A stretch of DNA of 64,000 nucleotides from positions 26,352 to 90,351 of the forward strand of contig JAXHMZ010000005.1 of NCBI GenBank assembly GCA_034521025.1, read 5' to 3'. The position numbers and the translations under genes are program-made. Positions 8,040 through 18,620 of the stretch are shown one piece after another; the first letter of the stretch is position 1; the number at the start of each line of letters is the position of its first letter. This stretch comes from Candidatus Campbellbacteria bacterium. GTDB taxonomy: Bacteria; Patescibacteriota; Minisyncoccia; Phycocordibacterales; JAXHMZ01. Under the pieces are notes generated by a model. It had not been told where the DNA came from, did no database searches, and saw only the letters and a list, made by a program, of their open reading frames with translations.

Positions 8040-10543
8040 TTAGGATCCGATATGCTCTTTATCCGTCTCGATGTTCTCACTGGTTACATCCACTTCTGCC
8101 GTACTTGTCGTACCGTCGCTATTCGTTGTGATCCAGTATTCGGAGAGTTGAAGTCCGTAGAATCCGGCCGCGTCAGGAGTAGGTATATCGGGATCTACGA
8201 CAGCCGTAAGCGTAAATGTTTCGCTCTGTCCTTCACGAACGAGATAGCTCGTATCCGTACCGCCGGTAAAGGCAGTGAGAGCCGCAGCTCCGCTAGCCGC
8301 TTCAGCTAGATAAGCTGAGTTGAGAGAGATGTTACCAACGCTTCCAACCGTATCTTGCGTGAGCGTCAACGTACCGTCACTGTTATCGGTTGACGTTACG
8401 TCAAGCGCAGCGCCGGTGCCATCGATTGCTGTGTCAAGCGTCGCTGCGACATTTGCCGCAGTCGTATCTCCGTCAATGGCAACTTCTACACCACCCGCGA
8501 TACCGTTTGCTGCCTGACATTCTGCTGCCGTACTCGTGTCGTCTGTTAACCCAGCATCCGTGTCAAACCAGAAACAGACAGCGGTTGCGGCGGCAGGGTT
8601 GTTGCTCGCCTCGTGGAGAATAAAGTAGTCATTGTTCGCGAGGTTCGCCTGCGTATCTACCGTAAGGGTCGATGTTGCCGCGACCTCAGAACCGGTTGTG
8701 TCAGCTGCTGTGGCAAGTGACGTTGATTCACTATCCACCTGAGTTGCTTCACCGGTAAGCGTATAGAAGAATCCGTTGTCACTTGCGACAGCGTTCTTGC
8801 GCACGTTGCCGAGCCGCGTCGTCTGGATGTAAGCAGCCCATCTTTCGATCGCAGTCAGGTCAAACGTGAGCTTGAGCGTCGACTGATCAGCAGCATCATT
8901 GACGCTGCTCGTCTGCGACCAATCACTCCACAACAACGGTCGTTGTCGTCACATCTGGTGCCTGCGTTCCCGCGACCGATATCAAGGTTTGCTGATGCTG
9001 AGGCCTGGAACAGTTTCGAAGTTCTTGATCTCTGCGGTCATCGCTTCAAGGTCAACCTCGAAGGGGATCACCGTCGGTGAATCCGGTATTCGATGTTGCG
9101 TAGAAGTCAACTTCTACAGAGAACTCAACCTCGCTGTCCTGCTCAATGAGGTACTCAAGGTCGCCGCTGCCATTGAAGGTAACGGTTTGATTGCTCGTAC
9201 CACTGAGTCCACTCGTTGACGTCGTGTCAATAAGATCACCGTCAGCGTAGAGTCGGGCACGACGAACCATGTCTTCTACGGGACTTGATGTCGTGTTGAA
9301 GTTCACATCAACTGTGTTGACAGTGATATCCTGGTCTTCTGCCATTGCGTCGAACGAGAGTACGTGTACGTCATTCGTTCGGTTGTTTGCATCAACCTGG
9401 AATATTGTCTCATCAGGGCGAAGTTCGTGCTTGACGAAACGTCGAGCGTTCCGGCTCCGAAGCTCGCCGTCGAAGTCGATGTCGACATCAGCAACATCGT
9501 TGTCATTGCCGGGTCCGTATCCGATGAGACCTGCTCCGTCCACGAAGCGCGATACGGTCAAGAAATCGATGGTCGGCGACAACCGTGGCGCCTAGCACGG
9601 CTACCCGCGAGGGTATCGTGTACCTCGACTTCGAGTGAAAGCTCGACAGTCTCACCTTCTCGTACGATCTCATCGAGACCGGAGAAGCGTGCTCGCCATT
9701 CAGAGCCGACTTCTGAGAAGTTGTCTGAATCGTCTTCAAGCGCTGCTACTTCAGTTCCGTCGACCATAAGTCGGACTTCACTGAAGTATAGCCATGGACG
9801 TGAATCAAACATAAAGTCAACGCGGTTGAGCTCGACGTCTGCATCTTGTGCTTCAACGTCTGCTTCAACCGTTAGGTCAGAGTCACCTGTGTCGATCTCA
9901 ACGGATCCGACACTGAGGTCACTGACGTTGATGAACCCTTCACCTCCGGAGAGGCCTTCGTCATCGGAGTCATCGCTGTCGTCGCTGTCGTCTGAATCGT
10001 CACTGTCGTCTCCATCGTCGCTGTCCTCACTGTCGTCACCATCACCTGCGGTGATGAGGGCGTTAGCTTGAGTACGGGTTGATGGTCCAAAGTATCCCGT
10101 TCCCGCGGAAAGACCGAGGGGTGCAAGGATCTGTGAAGAGTAAGCTCCTTGGAAGTCAGTTACAGCGGCTGCTGTAAGTGGTCCATAGTAGCTTGTCTCC
10201 TGTCCAGGAGATCCCGCTCCGCTAGCGGCTACAGTCGTAAAGCCGTTGGCGTTGAGGAACTCTTGGAGTCTCATTACTTCAGTTCCGGGTAGCACCTACT
10301 CCCATGGAGCGGGTGAACGGAGTGAAAGTTCATGCCACTGATGCTTGGCCGTCAATTTGCGCTTGCATACTCGGCGATCTTCGCTTCGAGTTGTGCAATG
10401 ATCGCTGCTAGGTCTTCTGAATCGCTTTGTGCTCTTGTGCTTGGTAAGCACCGGCAAAAGCGAATGTCGCTACAAGAGCGAGGACCGCGACGAACCCAAT
10501 GGACCTTGTAGGTAATTGCATTTCGCATTTCGTATAAACTCAT
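8040..10543 (-). pseudogene. Paralog B of the envelope protein, disrupted by multiple frameshifts; four fragment ORFs
   Basis: N-terminus 'MSLYEMRNAITYKV' and C-terminus 'SDWSQTSSVNDAADQSTLKLTFDLTAIE...TNSDGTTSTAEVDVTSENIETDKEHIGS' align to paralogs C and A but fall in different frames; several 1-nt indels visible against paralog C. Confidence 0.65.
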
Positions 10544-10693
10544 AAAGTTATTTCTAATAGTAAGTCTTATAAAGCGGTATTAGTACTACCGTACCGTATA
10601 TTATACATCTATTTTTACCGTCAACATACTCTGATGTGTGGATTATTCCAAAAAGCCCGCTTTATCGGGCTTTTTGATAAATGAGATCAAAAC

Positions 10694-10722
10694 AAAAAAT
10701 CCCCGAATTGGGGATTTTTTGT
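10694..10722. terminator. Hairpin terminator (aatcccc gaat tggggatt + T-run) followed by gagcctcgctcagctgt motif
   Basis: Seen in sequence; paralogous to the 7964..8001 module. Confidence 0.6.
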
Positions 10723-10780
10723 GAGCCTCGCTCAGCTGTTTTGTTCAAGAGACGTGAGTCTCTATACGAGAACCCTAGTG

Positions 10781-12784
10781 ATTAGGATCCGTCGTTGAGA
10801 TACTCTTGATCTGGTCTCGATACTTTCGCCAGTTACATCCACTTCGGTCAAACCGCTCGCACCAGTGCTGTTCGTCGTGATCTGTAGTCAGCGAGCTGAA
10901 TTCCGTAGAATCCGGCGACACCGACAGTATTAGTGTTCTCAGCGACGACACGAATGCGGAATGTTTCGGTCTCTCCCGCGCGAACGAGATATGCATCACT
11001 GAGTTGTCCTGATCAGCACCGAAGGTGATGTCAATGTCGAATTCTCGAGATCCGTGAGTTTCCTCCGAGGAGGTCGTAATCGAATCCGTTGTTCGGTCAC
11101 CAGTCGCAACAGCATTGTTGATATAATAATCATCTTCGATAGCGGTAAGGTCAAACGTGAGCTTGAGAGTCGCTCGGTCGGCATCGTCGTTGATATCGGT
11201 GCTCTGCGACCAGTCACCTGTTACCACCGTCGTCGTTACAACATCATGCGTTGTTCCTGCACCGATGCCGATCGACGTTTCGTTAGCAGCTTCGAAGTCT
11301 TCGTCCTCTGCTCGAATTTCATCAAGCTCAGCTTCGATGGTGTCGGCTACGCTGAATCCTGTGTTTGATGTTGCGTAGAAGTCAACTTCGACTGACATCT
11401 CTTGCTCTTCACCTTCAGGGATCGTGTACTCGAGGTTGTCGAACGTAACGGTCTGGTTCGATGTACCACTGAGGCCGCTTGTTGTCTCGGTTCCGACGAG
11501 ATCACCGTCAGCGTAGAGTCGTGCACGGCGAACCATATCCTCTACGGCGCTTGTCGTGGTCGAGAGGTTTACATCAACCTCGTCGATCTCGATGTCCTGG
11601 TTCTCCGCTTCTGCGTTGAACACAAGCACCTCTTGGTTGTCGGTTCGGTTGGTGTCGTCAACGACGAATACGGTCTCGTCGGGCGTGTTAGCGCTCGTGC
11701 TGAGATCAAGTGATCCTTGTCCGAAGTTGTCGTCAAACGTGACGTCAACGTCGCCGATGTCGCCATCCGCGCTAGGGCCGTATCCGATGATACCTGCTCC
11801 GTCTAGGAAGCGTACGCCGTCTTCATCCATCGTAGCGACGACTGTGTCGGTATCACGCGTACCAGCGAGAGTGCTGTGCACCTCTACTTCGAGCGCAAGC
11901 TCGACAGTATCACCTTCTCGTACAACCTCATCGAGGCCGGAGAAGCGTGCTCTCCATTCAGAGCCAACTTCAGAGTAGTCACCTGAATCGTCTCCAAGAA
12001 CTGCTACTTCGGTTCCGTCGACCATAAGTCGGACTTCATTGAAGTAGAGCCATGGACGTGAGTCGAACATAAAGTCGACGCGGTTCATCTCGACGTCAGA
12101 GTCTTCTGCCGTAGCTTCGAGTTCAACAGCTACGTCAGTGTCTCCCGTGTCGATCTCGACCGATCCGACGCTGAGGTCGTTAAAGTCGAGGAATCCTTCA
12201 CCTCCGGATAGACCTTCGTCGTCCGAGTCGTCGGAGTCATCGCTGTCGTCACCATCATCTCCGTCGTCGCCGTCGTCACCGTCGTCACCATCACCTGCGG
12301 TGATGATAGCGTTGGCTTGAGCGCGAGAAGATGGTCCAAAGTATCCTGTTCCCGCGGAAAGACCGAGGGGTGCAAGGATCTGTGAAGAGTAAGCTCCTTG
12401 GAAGTCAGTTACAGCGGCTGCTGTAAGTGGTCCATAGTAGCTTGTCTCCTGTCCAGGAGATCCTGCTCCGCTAGTGGCTACTGTAAAGCCGTTAGCGTTG
12501 AGGAACTCTTGGAGTCTCAATACTTCAGTTCCGGTAGCACCTACTCCCATGGAGCGGGTGAACGGAGTGAAGTCTCCACTAACTGAAGCTTGGCCGTCAA
12601 TTTGCGCTTGCAAATCGGCGATCTGTGCTTCGAGTTGTGCAATGATCGCTGCTAGGTCGTCTGCATCGCTTTGTGCTTGTGCTTGGTAAGCACCGGCAAA
12701 AGCGAATGTCGCTACAAGAGCGAGGACCGCAACGAACCCAACTACCTTGTAGGTAATTGCATTTCGCATTTCGTATAAACTCAT
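10781..12784 (-). pseudogene. Paralog C of the envelope protein; 5' two-thirds intact, 3' ~400 nt carry at least two frameshifts (true stop inferred at ggatcctaa 10781..10789)
   Basis: Called ORF ends in nonsense tail '...FARERPKHSAFVSSLRTL'; alternate frames restore 'DAYLVRAGETETF...GFYGIQLADY' and 'QITTNSTGASGLTEVDVTGESIET' matching paralog B; 1-nt deletion near 10900 and 1-nt insertion near 10812. Confidence 0.55.
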
Positions 12785-13703
12785 AATTATGATTTTCTAC
12801 TTATTAGAATGCTTTGCGTTTTGATTAATATAATGCTTTGCAAAACATTTTTGCGGCACACCCGCTAAGGTGCACCGCGCTACTTATAATTCCTTGTAAT
12901 GTTGCCCGTAGTTGCCTAGGCTGTGCGCGCCACCGGCAATTTATTGGGCTCATACTATCTCGCCTACTCCTAATATTTCGACCAGGAGAAAACGAGTTAG
13001 ATGCACGTTTGTCGTACGGGTATTCAGTCGTTCGGTATGTTTGTCGGGATATTCTGTTTTCAACGTTCATTCCGTATCGTTCAACGGTGGCGCTATGCCT
13101 AACTTTGGTTGAACGGTGCTCTGTCTAAACAAAACCTGTATTAAACAAGGTTTGCCTTCAATCTTAGCACAGTTCCCTTGTCAGGCAACAGATCGTGTTC
13201 CCACGTATTGTGGAAAACGATCCCCGCCTCTGAACCTAGAGACAATTATAGTACAGACGTTTGCTCTTGCAAATATTTGTGTGGATAAAACATACATATG
13301 AGCGCGCCATACAAGGATTTATAAAAGACAAATGCTTTTAAATCGCTTGCCTCTTTTGTACACGCCTTTTGCCTATAGGGTGTTAAAGAGGCACGCCCAC
13401 TGACTTCTATCCATAAAATTTACAAAGCAAGCGCGTCTGTACCACGTGCTCGCAGTTCTACTACTTCTGACGAACCTAAAAAGCTTTTCTTACAACGCAC
13501 CGTCAATTCCAAAATCTTAATTCTACCCTTATTTTGAGATGCGCTCGTTAGCGATCCTCTTCTAACAAAACGCAACAACAAAACGTTCAAAAATTACCAA
13601 AACTAAAAAGCTATAAAGGACATTTAATATTTATAAAAGACATAAAGGAGAAAATATTTGAAACTATAATTACTAAATCGTTAAGAATGTCTTTTATGTG
13701 TCC
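12785..13703. other. ~0.9 kb ORF-free region with local hairpins and direct repeats; function unknown (long leader, ncRNA, or origin-like region)
   Basis: Only short low-quality ORFs on both strands; hairpins gcaaaacatttttgc and gcctcttt...aaagaggc; direct repeat aatgctttgc x2; AAAGGACA copies at its right end. Confidence 0.3.
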
Positions 13704-14567
13704 TTAAGAAGAACTGTTGAGGCGATAACGACTCCAGCGACGACTGCCGAGGCGTTCGAGTACGCCTTCTTCAACCATGCCAACAATCTCTCTTTGTAGC
13801 GTTTTTTCACTACAGTCCTGGATCTCGCGAGCGGCGTCTTTTACGGTGATCTCCTTTTTGTCCTTAACAAGCTGAATGATGATATCTCTTCTCTGTGTCT
13901 TTGAGAGTGTGCTCGGCTGTAATTGTGTCCTTTTGATTTTTGTCTTTTTGTTGTCCTTTATGTCCTTTTGATTTGTTTTTTGTCCTTTAGAACTTTCCTC
14001 CGCATTCTCGGTTTTCTCTTTTTCGGGAGAACTTATTCCTTGTACTTTATTGCTCGCGCTTGATTCAAGTTTGCCACCTGAACGATTTTCAAAAGCTATC
14101 CCAAATAGATATTTCTCGAGTGAGTCCGTTGTCTGTCTTTCCTCGCTGACATTGAAAAAGTTCTGGGGAAACAACACAGGATCGTGCTTTCCCTCCTTGT
14201 CCGCCTGGTCTTCAAGTGCGTTTAAAAGGGTTTCGTATTCTTGACGCAAGACGGAGAAATTCATTTCCGAGATCAGTCCGGCAGTATGAGCTACACCCAG
14301 AGTGGCAAGAATTGTCGAAAGCGAGTTTTTTATAAAAGACAAGTCAATTGATCTCTCGGATTCGATAGAATCAGCCAGTATGGAGAAATATTCAAGCAGA
14401 GTTAAGTTGTCAGACCGTAGCTTCCACTTGAGGGGTTCGCTCTCTGAGAAGAAGTTCGTTATGAGATATACGGCACGGGCGAGACGTTCTGTCTTTTTTA
14501 CTGCGTAGTAAAAAAAGGCTTTGTTAAGAGTGTATGACTGCAGTTCCTGGGTTGTATTTTCTGCCAT
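13704..14567 (-). CDS. Hypothetical DNA-binding protein with C-terminal winged-helix domain and internal K/D/T-rich linker
   Basis: C-terminus 'RRDIIIQLVKDKKEITVKDAAREIQDCSEKTLQREIVGMVEEGVLERLGSRRWSRYRL' is HTH/wH-like; linker coded by repeated aaaggaca units. Confidence 0.5.
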   Translation of the reverse strand: MAENTTQELQSYTLNKAFFYYAVKKTERLARAVYLITNFFSESEPLKWKLRSDNLTLLEYFSILADSIESERSIDLSFIKNSLSTILATLGVAHTAGLISEMNFSVLRQEYETLLNALEDQADKEGKHDPVLFPQNFFNVSEERQTTDSLEKYLFGIAFENRSGGKLESSASNKVQGISSPEKEKTENAEESSKGQKTNQKDIKDNKKTKIKRTQLQPSTLSKTQRRDIIIQLVKDKKEITVKDAAREIQDCSEKTLQREIVGMVEEGVLERLGSRRWSRYRLNSSS

Positions 14568-14585
14568 GTCTTTTATATATTATCG

Positions 14586-14680
14586 TGTCCTTTAGGATAA
14601 TTTGTCCTTTATAAAAATTGTCCTTTTGTCCTTTAGAGACACATTCCTCTATAAAGGACATTATACAAATATAAAGGACA
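14586..14680. promoter_or_regulatory. Iteron-like array in the divergent promoter between the wHTH gene and ftsK: TGTCCTTT x4 direct then AAAGGACA x2 inverted
   Basis: Copies at 14586, 14603, 14619, 14627 (forward) and 14653, 14673 (reverse); 4 more inside the gene (13926..13988) and 3 partial downstream (13616..13707). Confidence 0.6.
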
Positions 14681-14776
14681 GAAGTAAAGTTATTAACACC
14701 TCTCTGTCGCGTTTGTAGCGGAGGCGCTATGGGGTTACAATAGAGTGGAAATTTAATCATTACCTTAGAAACCTAA

Positions 14777-17128
14777 ATGGCACGCAAGAAATCAAAATCA
14801 GAGAAAAACAAGAACTCTAAAGAGTCATCCAAAAAGAAGAACAAGAAGTCCGAGAAAGATGAAGGAATGCTGATCTGGAACCTTGAGGAACACGTGGCAC
14901 AAGCCCTCTTGGCGCTTTTGTTTTTTGTGTTGGCGGTTTTCTTTACCCTCTCCTATTTTGAGCAAGCGGGCATCGCCGGCGAGCACGCATTTTCTCTTTT
15001 TGAAAGACTTCTCGGTTACGGATATTTCTTGCTTCCGCTTTCAATGTTCATTCTTTCTATAAATTTTTTGCGGAAGCTAAAAGTTAACTTCGCCGTCTCA
15101 AGCGGAGCCGGGATCACGCTCTTTATGATCTCCGGACTTGGACTTATAAACATCGCCACCGACAGCAAAGGCGGAGTCATTGGCAATTTGGTCTCGGACC
15201 CGCTTCTGCCTTTGTTCGATCTCTATGTGACGTTTGTACTTCTAGCGGCAATGATGATCCTTTCGTTCGTACTTCTCTTTGACTTGAAACTTTCCTCTAT
15301 TGATTTCAACTCTCTTAAGTTCTGGAAGAAAGACGAGGAGGACAAAGACTATCTCGCCGCCTCTATCGCCCATCCCGCGGGAGCGGAACAGGCCGAGAGA
15401 GCTATGGCCGAAGAAGAACGCAAGAACGCCGAAAAGAGCACCAAGGAAGAAGGAAGGCCGGAGAAACCTTCAGGTGGAATACTCAGCGGATTGGTCGGAA
15501 AACAAAACAAAGACAAAGAGCTCGATATAGACAGCAAGCTTTCGATAGATACTTCGCGACTGGGCGCGCCATTTACTCCTCCACCACTGAAGCTTTTGAC
15601 CAAGGACAGCGGCAAGCCGTCCGTCGGCGATGTTAAAACCAACGCCAATGTTATAAAGCGCACTCTCAGTAACTTTGGTATTGACGTAGAAATGGACGAG
15701 GTGTCGGTCGGACCCACTGTTACTCGCTACGCCTTGAAGCCGGCCGAAGGAGTAAAGCTTTCGCGAATAGAGGGACTGCAAAAAGAAATACAAGCGGCAC
15801 TCGCGGCCAAGTCGATAAGGATAGAAGCACCGATCCCGGGCAAGTCCCTGGTCGGTATAGAAGTACCAAATATCTCTAAAGCAACAGTCGGTCTGGCTTC
15901 CCTCTTCTCTGATCCCGCCTTTGCTCAAAGCGACAATCCGCTCCTGGTCGCCCTCGGACGAAATCTCTCCGGAGAAGCCGAATTCGCTGACTTTGGCAAA
16001 ATGCCTCACCTCTTGGTAGCGGGAGCTACCGGCGCCGGAAAGTCTGTGACGGTGCATATGCTAATAGCTTCTCTCCTGTATAGGAACTCGCCGGAGAACC
16101 TTAGATTTATCATGGTTGACCCCAAGCGAGTAGAGCTAACTCCGTACAACGACATCCCTCACCTGCTAACTCCGGTTATAAAGAACGCCAAAAAAGCGAT
16201 CCTCGCTTTGAAGTGGGCTGCTAAGGAAATGGAAAGACGGTACGACATATTGGAAAGCTATAGAGTACAAAATATAGACTCTTATCACAAAAACATACTG
16301 GAACCGGCCATAAAAGACATTGAAAAGAAACGAAAGAACAAGGACTCCGAAGAAGTGGAAGACGAACTACCGGAATCAATGCCATATATTGTAATCGTCA
16401 TAGACGAGTTGGCTGATATTATGTCGGCCTACCCCAAAGAGCTCGAGGCGGCTATCGTGCGATTGGCGCAGATGAGCCGTGCAGTCGGTATTCACCTAAT
16501 ACTATCTACCCAAAGGCCCGACGTACGCGTCATAACCGGACTGATCAAAGCCAACATTCCATCCCGTATCGCACTCCAAGTGTCTTCACAGATCGACTCT
16601 CGCACCATCATAGACAAAGCGGGAGCGGAAAGACTTCTCGGTAAAGGAGATATGCTTTATCAAGGAGGAGAAATGGCCAAACCGGCGCGTATTCAATCCG
16701 GTTTCGTGACCGAAGAAGAGATCAAAAGGGTTGTTGATTGGCTCATTAAGCACTATTCGGGACAATTGCCAGATACCATTGATCTCGATAGCGAGACACG
16801 CGAAAACAACACTGACAGCATTTTCAGCTCCGTGGTTGCCGACGAATCCAGCGAAGAAGACGAAAAATTCGAAGAAGCCAAGCAAACGGTTATGGAAGCC
16901 GGTAGGGCTTCGACCTCGTACTTACAGCGCAAATTGGGCGTTGGCTATTCACGAGCCGCCAAGTTAATTGATATGCTGGAAGAACAAGGCATCATTGGAC
17001 CACAAAATGGCTCCAAGCCACGAGAAGTACTCGCCAAAGGAGAAGAGTCTGAGGAAGACAGCTCCGAGAGCTACGAAGAGAACACGGAAGAAGATAACCA
17101 GAAAGGCCTCAGCGAGGAAGACTTGTAG
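14777..17128 (+). CDS. ftsK: DNA translocase FtsK/SpoIIIE (N-terminal TM domain, motor domain, C-terminal gamma wH domain)
   Basis: 'LLVAGATGAGKSVTVHMLIASLL..FIMVDPKRVEL', Walker B 'IVIVIDELADIM', gamma 'TSYLQRKLGVGYSRAAKLIDMLEEQGIIGP'. Confidence 0.9.
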   Translation: MARKKSKSEKNKNSKESSKKKNKKSEKDEGMLIWNLEEHVAQALLALLFFVLAVFFTLSYFEQAGIAGEHAFSLFERLLGYGYFLLPLSMFILSINFLRKLKVNFAVSSGAGITLFMISGLGLINIATDSKGGVIGNLVSDPLLPLFDLYVTFVLLAAMMILSFVLLFDLKLSSIDFNSLKFWKKDEEDKDYLAASIAHPAGAEQAERAMAEEERKNAEKSTKEEGRPEKPSGGILSGLVGKQNKDKELDIDSKLSIDTSRLGAPFTPPPLKLLTKDSGKPSVGDVKTNANVIKRTLSNFGIDVEMDEVSVGPTVTRYALKPAEGVKLSRIEGLQKEIQAALAAKSIRIEAPIPGKSLVGIEVPNISKATVGLASLFSDPAFAQSDNPLLVALGRNLSGEAEFADFGKMPHLLVAGATGAGKSVTVHMLIASLLYRNSPENLRFIMVDPKRVELTPYNDIPHLLTPVIKNAKKAILALKWAAKEMERRYDILESYRVQNIDSYHKNILEPAIKDIEKKRKNKDSEEVEDELPESMPYIVIVIDELADIMSAYPKELEAAIVRLAQMSRAVGIHLILSTQRPDVRVITGLIKANIPSRIALQVSSQIDSRTIIDKAGAERLLGKGDMLYQGGEMAKPARIQSGFVTEEEIKRVVDWLIKHYSGQLPDTIDLDSETRENNTDSIFSSVVADESSEEDEKFEEAKQTVMEAGRASTSYLQRKLGVGYSRAAKLIDMLEEQGIIGPQNGSKPREVLAKGEESEEDSSESYEENTEEDNQKGLSEEDL

Positions 17129-17146
17129 TAGAATATATAAACAACC

Positions 17147-17509
17147 ATGAACGGAAACGCCTTTAACGCTCGCAATATAATGAAGGCGATCTTGCTTATC
17201 GCGATCGCCTCAGGTGTGGCGTCTTACGCCTACTATCAATCACAACCGCTTATGGCCGGACCGGAAATCGCCTTTAGTGATCCCGAAAACGGCGATGTTA
17301 TTAAGGAGTCCCCTATCGAGATCACCGGCACCGCCGAGCGCATTTCTTTTATCAAACTTAATGGCCGGCAAATTTATATCAACGAAAGCGGAGTTTTCGA
17401 GGAGAAATTGCCCTTACTTCCCGGTCATAATATAATAGAGCTACAGGCAGAGGATCGTTTTGGAAGAGTTACTACTAAAAGACTCAACCTTATGTACGAA
17501 GGTGAGTAA
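17147..17509 (+). CDS. Small secreted/membrane-anchored hypothetical protein
   Basis: 120 aa; N-terminal hydrophobic segment. Confidence 0.45.
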   Translation: MNGNAFNARNIMKAILLIAIASGVASYAYYQSQPLMAGPEIAFSDPENGDVIKESPIEITGTAERISFIKLNGRQIYINESGVFEEKLPLLPGHNIIELQAEDRFGRVTTKRLNLMYEGE

Positions 17510-17518
17510 TATATTTTT

Positions 17519-18574
17519 ATGGCAAAATCAAAAAAAACCGAAAAAGAAAGCGGAGCTTCTATTGAAGATACACTGGATCAAATAAAAACCAAGTTTGGAG
17601 ATGAATCAATAATGAAACTGGGCGACCGCCCTAAGGTCAACGTCGACTCGGTTTCAACCGGCTCTATCGGCCTAGATACCGCGCTCGGCATTGGCGGTCT
17701 GCCAAAAGGAAGGATCGTTGAAATATACGGACCGGAAAGCAGTGGTAAATCCACCCTCGCTTTACACGTGGTGGCGGAAGCGCAAAAAGAAGGCGGTGTC
17801 TGCGCCTTTATTGACGCCGAACACGCTCTCGATCCGGATTACTCGAGAAAACTGGGCGTAAATGTCAAAGACCTTCTCATCTCCCAGCCCAACTCGGGCG
17901 AACAAGCTCTCGAGATAACAGAGTCATTGGTCCGATCGGGTAAAATATCCGTGATAGTAGTAGACTCGGTAGCGGCTCTGACTCCCAAAGACGAAATAGA
18001 GGGCGAAATGGGAGACGCTCAAGTCGGAAAACAGGCCCGTCTTATGTCTCAAGCTCTGCGCAAACTAACCGCGATCTCTGCGCAATCCGGAACTGTAGTT
18101 ATATTCATCAACCAGATCCGAATGAAGATAGGCGTTATGTTCGGATCTCCGGAGACAACCACGGGCGGAAAAGCACTGAAGTTCTACACTTCAGTACGTC
18201 TCGACATTCGTCGGATCGCACAGATCAAAAAAGGCGAAGAAGTTATCGGCGCGCGAACCAGAGTCAAAGTAGTAAAGAACAAAGTAGCGGCACCTTTCAA
18301 ACAGACCGAATTTGATCTCATATATTACGAAGGAATTTCGCGCGAAGGAGAGATCCTCACCATCGGCGAAAAACACGGTTTGATAAAGAAATCCGGAGCG
18401 TTCTACTCCTACGCTCCCCCACCCAAAAAAGAGGGCGAAGAACCGGAAGAAGAGATCAAACTCGGACGCGGTTATGACGCCGCTCGCGTATATCTCAAAG
18501 AAGACAAGAAACTAACTAATAGAATTATAAAAGACCTAAAAAAGAAACTCAGAGAATACTACTTCAGCACCTAA
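17519..18574 (+). CDS. recA: Recombinase RecA
   Basis: '[47 protein letters not shown]' canonical. Confidence 0.95.
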   Translation: MAKSKKTEKESGASIEDTLDQIKTKFGDESIMKLGDRPKVNVDSVSTGSIGLDTALGIGGLPKGRIVEIYGPESSGKSTLALHVVAEAQKEGGVCAFIDAEHALDPDYSRKLGVNVKDLLISQPNSGEQALEITESLVRSGKISVIVVDSVAALTPKDEIEGEMGDAQVGKQARLMSQALRKLTAISAQSGTVVIFINQIRMKIGVMFGSPETTTGGKALKFYTSVRLDIRRIAQIKKGEEVIGARTRVKVVKNKVAAPFKQTEFDLIYYEGISREGEILTIGEKHGLIKKSGAFYSYAPPPKKEGEEPEEEIKLGRGYDAARVYLKEDKKLTNRIIKDLKKKLREYYFST

Positions 18575-18620
18575 GAGAACTTATAGATTAGAAATAACCA
18601 AATAACCGGCAAAGATAGAT

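Noticed and set aside
9052-10295. ORFs 9052..9582, 9558..10295 and 10352..10543 as independent genes
   Set aside because: They align consecutively to paralog C and are fragments of one frameshifted gene (paralog B).
12785-13703. DGR template repeat or reverse transcriptase near the variable surface-protein genes
   Set aside because: No reverse-transcriptase ORF anywhere in the window, and no obvious near-copy of the gene 3' ends inside the non-coding region by eye. Left as something to test genome-wide.
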